From: Oscillospiraceae bacterium | GTDB lineage: Bacteria; Bacillota; Clostridia; UBA1212; SIG427 | Assembly (NCBI GenBank): GCA_015069135.1 | Contig: SVJE01000009.1 | Location: forward strand, 2,033 to 66,032 | DNA length: 64,000 nucleotides | Direction: 5' to 3' | In this document: in pieces, positions 59,955 to 64,000 of the stretch | How positions within the stretch are numbered: the first letter of the stretch is position 1 | Layout: the number at the start of each line of letters is the position of its first letter | Notes under the pieces: model-generated | What the model was told of the DNA's origin: nothing | Seen by the model: the letters and a program-made list of their open reading frames with translations, nothing else | Databases searched by the model: none | Translations under genes and position numbers: made by a program

Positions 59955-60323
59955 ATGAAAAAGAGTAGTTTTGTTGCATTGATATTAGGAACTGTAAGTG
60001 GAGTGCTTTTCGCGCTCGGAATGTGTATGGCACTTTTACCTGAATGGGATGCCTTCACAAAGGGTATAATTTTCGGAGTTATCGGCATTGTGCTCAGCAT
60101 TGTTACTGCACTTATTTGGTGCAAAATGGAAAATAAAAAGCTTCCAAAGATGAATGGAAAAAATGTATTACGTATCATGTATGCCATTATTTCCGCTTTA
60201 GTTTTGGGCGTAGGTATGTGTATGTGCCTTGTGTGGCAGCAAATCATTTGGGGCACACTCGTCGGTTTGCTTGGTATCATTATGCTGATTGCTCTCATTC
60301 CGATGGTTAAGGGTATCAAATGA
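59955..60323 (+). CDS. Small 4-TM membrane protein
   Basis: SD AAGGAG; internal repeat LGMCMAL / VGMCMCL. Confidence 0.75.
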   Translation: MKKSSFVALILGTVSGVLFALGMCMALLPEWDAFTKGIIFGVIGIVLSIVTALIWCKMENKKLPKMNGKNVLRIMYAIISALVLGVGMCMCLVWQQIIWGTLVGLLGIIMLIALIPMVKGIK

Positions 60324-61138
60324 AAGTATTAAATCTTGTAAGAAGTCCTTATACAAGCCTTGCGTTTAATGTTACTTATGCGCTCGGCAACTGTATTATA
60401 GGTTTTCTTGCACATTCGTGGTGGTTTATTACAGTAGGTGCGTATTATACCGTGCTTGCAATCACAAGGTTTTCTGTGTTGCAGGTCAGACGAAAAGCAA
60501 GCGGCAATTATGATACCGAGCTTTTTGCACGGCGCATTACGGGAACTTTATTGGTTGTGCTTTCGTTCTGCATAGTAGGTGTAAACATAATGGCTGCTAT
60601 TAAAGATAGAGGCACCGCCTTTCATGAAATTGTAATGATCACCATTGCCACATACACATTCACTAAAATCACTATCGCAATTATCGGCATGGTGAAAGCA
60701 AAAAGTTCTGCTTCTCTGGTGCTAAAAACACTCCGTAATATATCTCTCGCTGATGCGTGTGTTTCCATTTACACAATGCAAAGATCAATGCTTATGTCCT
60801 TTCCGGGTATGGAAGCTACGAAAATCTTATTACTAAACATATTTACGGGAACAACAGTATGGATTGTTGTACTGCTTCTCGGAATCAATCTGATTGGAGG
60901 GAAATATACAGATATGGCTAAATCAAAGATTGTAAAAGCAAATGAAAAAATCGCTGAAGTAGTAGCCGGCGGTTACAAGAAAATAGAAAAAAGAGTTGTA
61001 GACGGATACAAAAAAATCGAGCAAGGCGTTGTTGGTAGTTACACCAATCTCGAAGATAAGTTCGTTGATGCTTACCTCACTAAAGACGGCGAAACCTTAG
61101 AGGAAGCAAAAGCAAGACTAAAAAAAGACAGCAAATAA
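60320..61138 (+). CDS. Membrane protein with C-terminal charged repeat domain
   Basis: ~6 TM then MAKSK..GYKKIE..GYKKIE tail; ATGA-coupled to upstream gene. Confidence 0.7.
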   Translation: MKVLNLVRSPYTSLAFNVTYALGNCIIGFLAHSWWFITVGAYYTVLAITRFSVLQVRRKASGNYDTELFARRITGTLLVVLSFCIVGVNIMAAIKDRGTAFHEIVMITIATYTFTKITIAIIGMVKAKSSASLVLKTLRNISLADACVSIYTMQRSMLMSFPGMEATKILLLNIFTGTTVWIVVLLLGINLIGGKYTDMAKSKIVKANEKIAEVVAGGYKKIEKRVVDGYKKIEQGVVGSYTNLEDKFVDAYLTKDGETLEEAKARLKKDSK

Positions 61139-61140
61139 GC

Positions 61141-61187
61141 AACAGGGGGCTTTGGTAAAATCAATTACTAAAGCCCCCTGTTTGTTT
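61141..61187 (+). terminator. Intrinsic terminator
   Basis: AACAGGGGGCTTTGGTAA / TTACTAAAGCCCCCTGTT stem then TGTTT. Confidence 0.8.
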
Positions 61188-61258
61188 GATGCTATGCAAA
61201 TAAAAATCCCAATTCTTGCGAACGAAAATTATTGACTGTTAGAACCATTTACATGCCA

Positions 61259-61444
61259 TTATTGCTTTTGGGCTTTCATTCGTTTTATAACAATAAGCCA
61301 AAGAATAATCGAAACGAAAATTAAAAAGGTAGCAATTACAGAAATTATTATATGTACATCGATAAAGAGTTCAACAATGTTGATAATCGAACCTATCAAA
61401 AGGCAAACCGAAGCCATCAAATCAACTACTTTTACTCTATTCAT
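61259..61444 (-). CDS. Small 2-TM hypothetical protein (61 aa)
   Basis: ATG after AAAGGCGGTG; own TTGTTT-17-TATAAT promoter; two hydrophobic helices and basic tail. Confidence 0.6.
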   Translation of the reverse strand: MNRVKVVDLMASVCLLIGSIINIVELFIDVHIIISVIATFLIFVSIILWLIVIKRMKAQKQ

Positions 61445-61668
61445 ACTTATCACCGCCTTTAACTCATTATAGAGTAAAACTATAAATGAAACAATATACA
61501 AATGATTTCAATCTTTCGAATTCATCTTAACAGAGAATTTAAATGATATTGTACTTATGGCGTAGTAATATTATATTCGCTGCCTGAACTGCCAAAATAG
61601 CTATATAAGTAAGCTTTATCCGAATATTACCGGAAAGGAAGATAACTCGCCGAAGGTGAATATAACTG

Positions 61669-61700
61669 AAAAAAGCACTCGCTATTGCAAGTGCTTTTTT
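61669..61700 (-). terminator. Terminator of tRNA operon
   Basis: AAAAAAGCACT / AGTGCTTTTTT stem directly after tRNA-Tyr. Confidence 0.8.
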
Positions 61701-61702
61701 CT

Positions 61703-61787
61703 TGGTGGGAGAAGATGGATTCGAACCATCGAAGTCAGTGACAACAGATTTACAGTCTGCCCCCTTTGGCCGCTCGGGAATTCTCCC
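61703..61787 (-). tRNA. tRNA-Tyr(GTA)
   Basis: Acceptor GGGAGAA/TTCTCCC, anticodon arm GCAGA-CTGTAAA-TCTGT, long variable arm, GGTTCGAATCC, encoded CCA. Confidence 0.97.
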
Positions 61788-61863
<76 letters not shown>

Positions 61864-61904
61864 ATACCAGCTAATTTTCAACGCCTTTTTCAAAGCGCTC
61901 GATT

Positions 61905-61933
61905 ATAATACCATGGTGGCAGAGTAATGTCAA
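61905..61933 (-). promoter_or_regulatory. Promoter of tRNA operon
   Basis: TTGACA-17-TATTAT with extended TG. Confidence 0.7.
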
Positions 61934-62046
61934 TACCAAAATGAAAAAATTTTTCATCAAATTTTATAAAATAATTTTAGTTTTTTCTGTGTTGACAATG
62001 CACTACTTCTACTGCTACCATTACTTCATGAAATCAGGAGGCTACT

Positions 62047-62841
62047 ATGAATAACACTGATAAAAATTCATCTAACCCATATCTGAATATTAAATTGCCT
62101 GAAGGATACAATTTAATATTCTTTTCTGAGATTGATTCCACAAATACATACATTAAAGAAAATGCCTCCACTTTGCAAGAAGGCACCGTTGTTGTTGCCA
62201 ACCATCAAATAAAAGGAAGAGGCAGGCTGGGACGTAGTTTCTACTCTCCTTCCGATACAGGCCTTTATTTCAGTATTTTATTAAAACCTCACATTAATGT
62301 ATCAGAAGCCTTGAATATTACTGTCGCCGCAGCTGTTGCTGTATCAAAAGCAATAGAAACATCCACCGGAGAAAAAGCTTTAATCAAATGGGTAAATGAC
62401 ATATACATGAATGGTCGCAAGGTTTCCGGAATATTAACCGAAGCTTCCATGAGTGGTCAGAATAACACTTTAAATCATATAGTATTGGGAATTGGCATTA
62501 ACCTGTCTATTCCTGAAGGTGGCTTTCCTGAAGATATAAAAGACAAGGCAGGTGCCATTTCTGATAATTCAGATTTAACTTTTAAAACCTATCTTTTAGA
62601 AAACGCCCTTGAAGAATTCAATAAAATCTATATGAACTATTCTGATAAATCATTTATTGAAGAATACCGTACACGTTCCTGTGTTATTGGCAAAACGGTT
62701 ACTGTGCTTCAAGGAGATATTACCTACTCTGCCGAAGTTCTGGATATCTCTTCTGACTGTAGCCTTAAAGTCCTCTTATCTGACGGAACGATAAAATATT
62801 TATCTTCCGGTGAAATTTCTTTGCAAGGGGATTTCTCATGA
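62047..62841 (+). CDS. birA: Biotin-protein ligase without N-terminal HTH
   Basis: IDSTN, QIKGRGRLGRSFYSP, IKW.ND, KVSGILTE, GIGIN, SGEIS. Confidence 0.94.
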   Translation: MNNTDKNSSNPYLNIKLPEGYNLIFFSEIDSTNTYIKENASTLQEGTVVVANHQIKGRGRLGRSFYSPSDTGLYFSILLKPHINVSEALNITVAAAVAVSKAIETSTGEKALIKWVNDIYMNGRKVSGILTEASMSGQNNTLNHIVLGIGINLSIPEGGFPEDIKDKAGAISDNSDLTFKTYLLENALEEFNKIYMNYSDKSFIEEYRTRSCVIGKTVTVLQGDITYSAEVLDISSDCSLKVLLSDGTIKYLSSGEISLQGDFS

Positions 62842-63383
62842 AAACAAAAAAGCTTATACTTTCAGCCCTTTTTACAGCTTTAATAATTGTGGGAAGTTTT
62901 ATTAAAATCCCTTTCCCGGTTATGCCTATGACATTACAATTTGCGGTTGTACTTTTATCAGGTATTTTACTGGGACCCTATCTTGGACTTGCCTCTGTAT
63001 TCATATATATTTTACTGGGCCTAACAGGACTCCCTGTTTTTGCCACAGGTGGCGGTATAGGCTATGTACTTATACCAAGTTTCGGATATGTACTGGGCTT
63101 TTTACCGGCTGTTTTTGTGGCAGGAGTAATAACAAAAAACAAAGCTGCAACATTCAACCGACTTTTTGTCAGTTCTGTTACAGCTTTAGCAATAACATAT
63201 TTTATTGGATTGGTGTATTTTACCCTTATCAAAACTCTCTATCTGGGGGAAACAGTTAATTTATGGCAGCTCCTTTACAGCCAGGTTTTGTTTATGCTTC
63301 CTAAAGATATTCTTTTGTGCCTGTTGTGCTCTTTTCTTGGTAAAAGGCTTCAGTTCATTATGGCAATGGACAAATTTAAGTAA
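62838..63383 (+). CDS. bioY: Biotin transporter BioY
   Basis: PMTLQ, YILLGL.GLPVFA.GGG, PSFGY.LGF. Confidence 0.93.
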   Translation: MKTKKLILSALFTALIIVGSFIKIPFPVMPMTLQFAVVLLSGILLGPYLGLASVFIYILLGLTGLPVFATGGGIGYVLIPSFGYVLGFLPAVFVAGVITKNKAATFNRLFVSSVTALAITYFIGLVYFTLIKTLYLGETVNLWQLLYSQVLFMLPKDILLCLLCSFLGKRLQFIMAMDKFK

Positions 63384-63829
63384 GCGGCAAAGGTCACCCA
63401 CAATAGGTACGGTATCTGTAACCAGGCGGCAATGGGTTTAACTTTTTTAAACTCTACTATCATAAGTATAATTAACAGCCATAGTACAAGAAGCCATATA
63501 AAAGCGAAGGTATACATTCTTCCGTTAAAGAAAAGCAATGACCATACAAAGTTAAATATCAGTTGTAAGGCAAATGCTAGTAAGGCTGCCGGTCTGTAGG
63601 GACTGTTACTTTTATATACTAAGTACAAAGATACACCCATCAGCGTATAAAGTATGGTCCATACTATGGGGAAAAGTATGCCCGGTGGTGCCAAGGGTGG
63701 CTTGTTAATAGTCTGGTATACATCCATTGAATTTTTAGTAAGAAGGGCCGCTAATCCTCCTACTGTCAATGGTATTAGTATACATACAATCAGCGTTATT
63801 AAGTTTTTGGTATCAAATTTCTTTTTCAT
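63350..63829 (-). CDS. tspO: TspO/MBR family protein
   Basis: KPPLAPPG.LFPIVWTILY.LMG, NFVWS.LFF, PYLLWVTFAAYLN. Confidence 0.93.
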   Translation of the reverse strand: MKKKFDTKNLITLIVCILIPLTVGGLAALLTKNSMDVYQTINKPPLAPPGILFPIVWTILYTLMGVSLYLVYKSNSPYRPAALLAFALQLIFNFVWSLLFFNGRMYTFAFIWLLVLWLLIILMIVEFKKVKPIAAWLQIPYLLWVTFAAYLNLSIAIMN

Positions 63830-63895
63830 GTTTGTAGTTTATGACAGTTTGTGGTAATATATTCGTTAATGATTTAACTAAAAGGAGTTACCTTT

Positions 63896-64000
63896 ATGAC
63901 AGAAAAAAATTTAGCAATGCTTTGTGACTTTTATGAGTTTACAATGAGCAACGGTTACTTCAAAAACGGATTTTACAAAAAGAACACCTATTTTGATGTA
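63896..64000 (+). CDS. pncB: Nicotinate phosphoribosyltransferase (partial, runs off window end; not in ORF track)
   Basis: Own translation MTEKNLAMLCDFYEFTMSNGYF...YFDV matches the PncB N-terminal DxYxxTM motif; SD AAGGAG. Confidence 0.75.
   Translation, partial: MTEKNLAMLCDFYEFTMSNGYFKNGFYKKNTYFDV

Noticed and set aside
57262-61700. Classical tRNA-integrated island or prophage
   Set aside because: No integrase and no duplicated tRNA-Tyr 3' end found by eye

Overview
Low-GC chromosomal segment of a spore-forming Clostridia-type bacterium (cotJABC, dockerin proteins, sigma-A-type promoters with strong SD sites). It is mostly housekeeping and transport: pyrE, murA, mscS/mscL, a Zn-type ABC pair, trkAH, a NitT/TauT ABC system, oppBCDFA, asnS-asnA, hpt, birA-bioY, a partial pncB and tRNA-Thr/tRNA-Tyr. 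It also holds a minimal Tad/Flp pilus locus, several glycoside hydrolases, two secreted proteins with an N-terminal dockerin, and a small accessory region next to the tRNAs. I found no integrase, transposase, cas gene or CRISPR array. The most unusual signal is non-coding: four intergenic arrays (14086-14253, 40377-40548, 48320-48540, 50510-50744) plus one single unit (20300-20341). All are built from 35-39 bp inverted-repeat units with unconserved AT-rich centres, but they use four different core sequences. Two of the arrays have exact mirror-symmetric spacing. Other leads are alternative RBS/start-occluding stems before murA and cpaF, a cassette-like set of genes bounded by a short repeated site near tRNA-Tyr, an in-frame gene fusion retaining an internal RBS, and a glycerol-1-phosphate dehydrogenase near phospholipid genes. 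Product calls rest on motif recognition only; no database searches were run.
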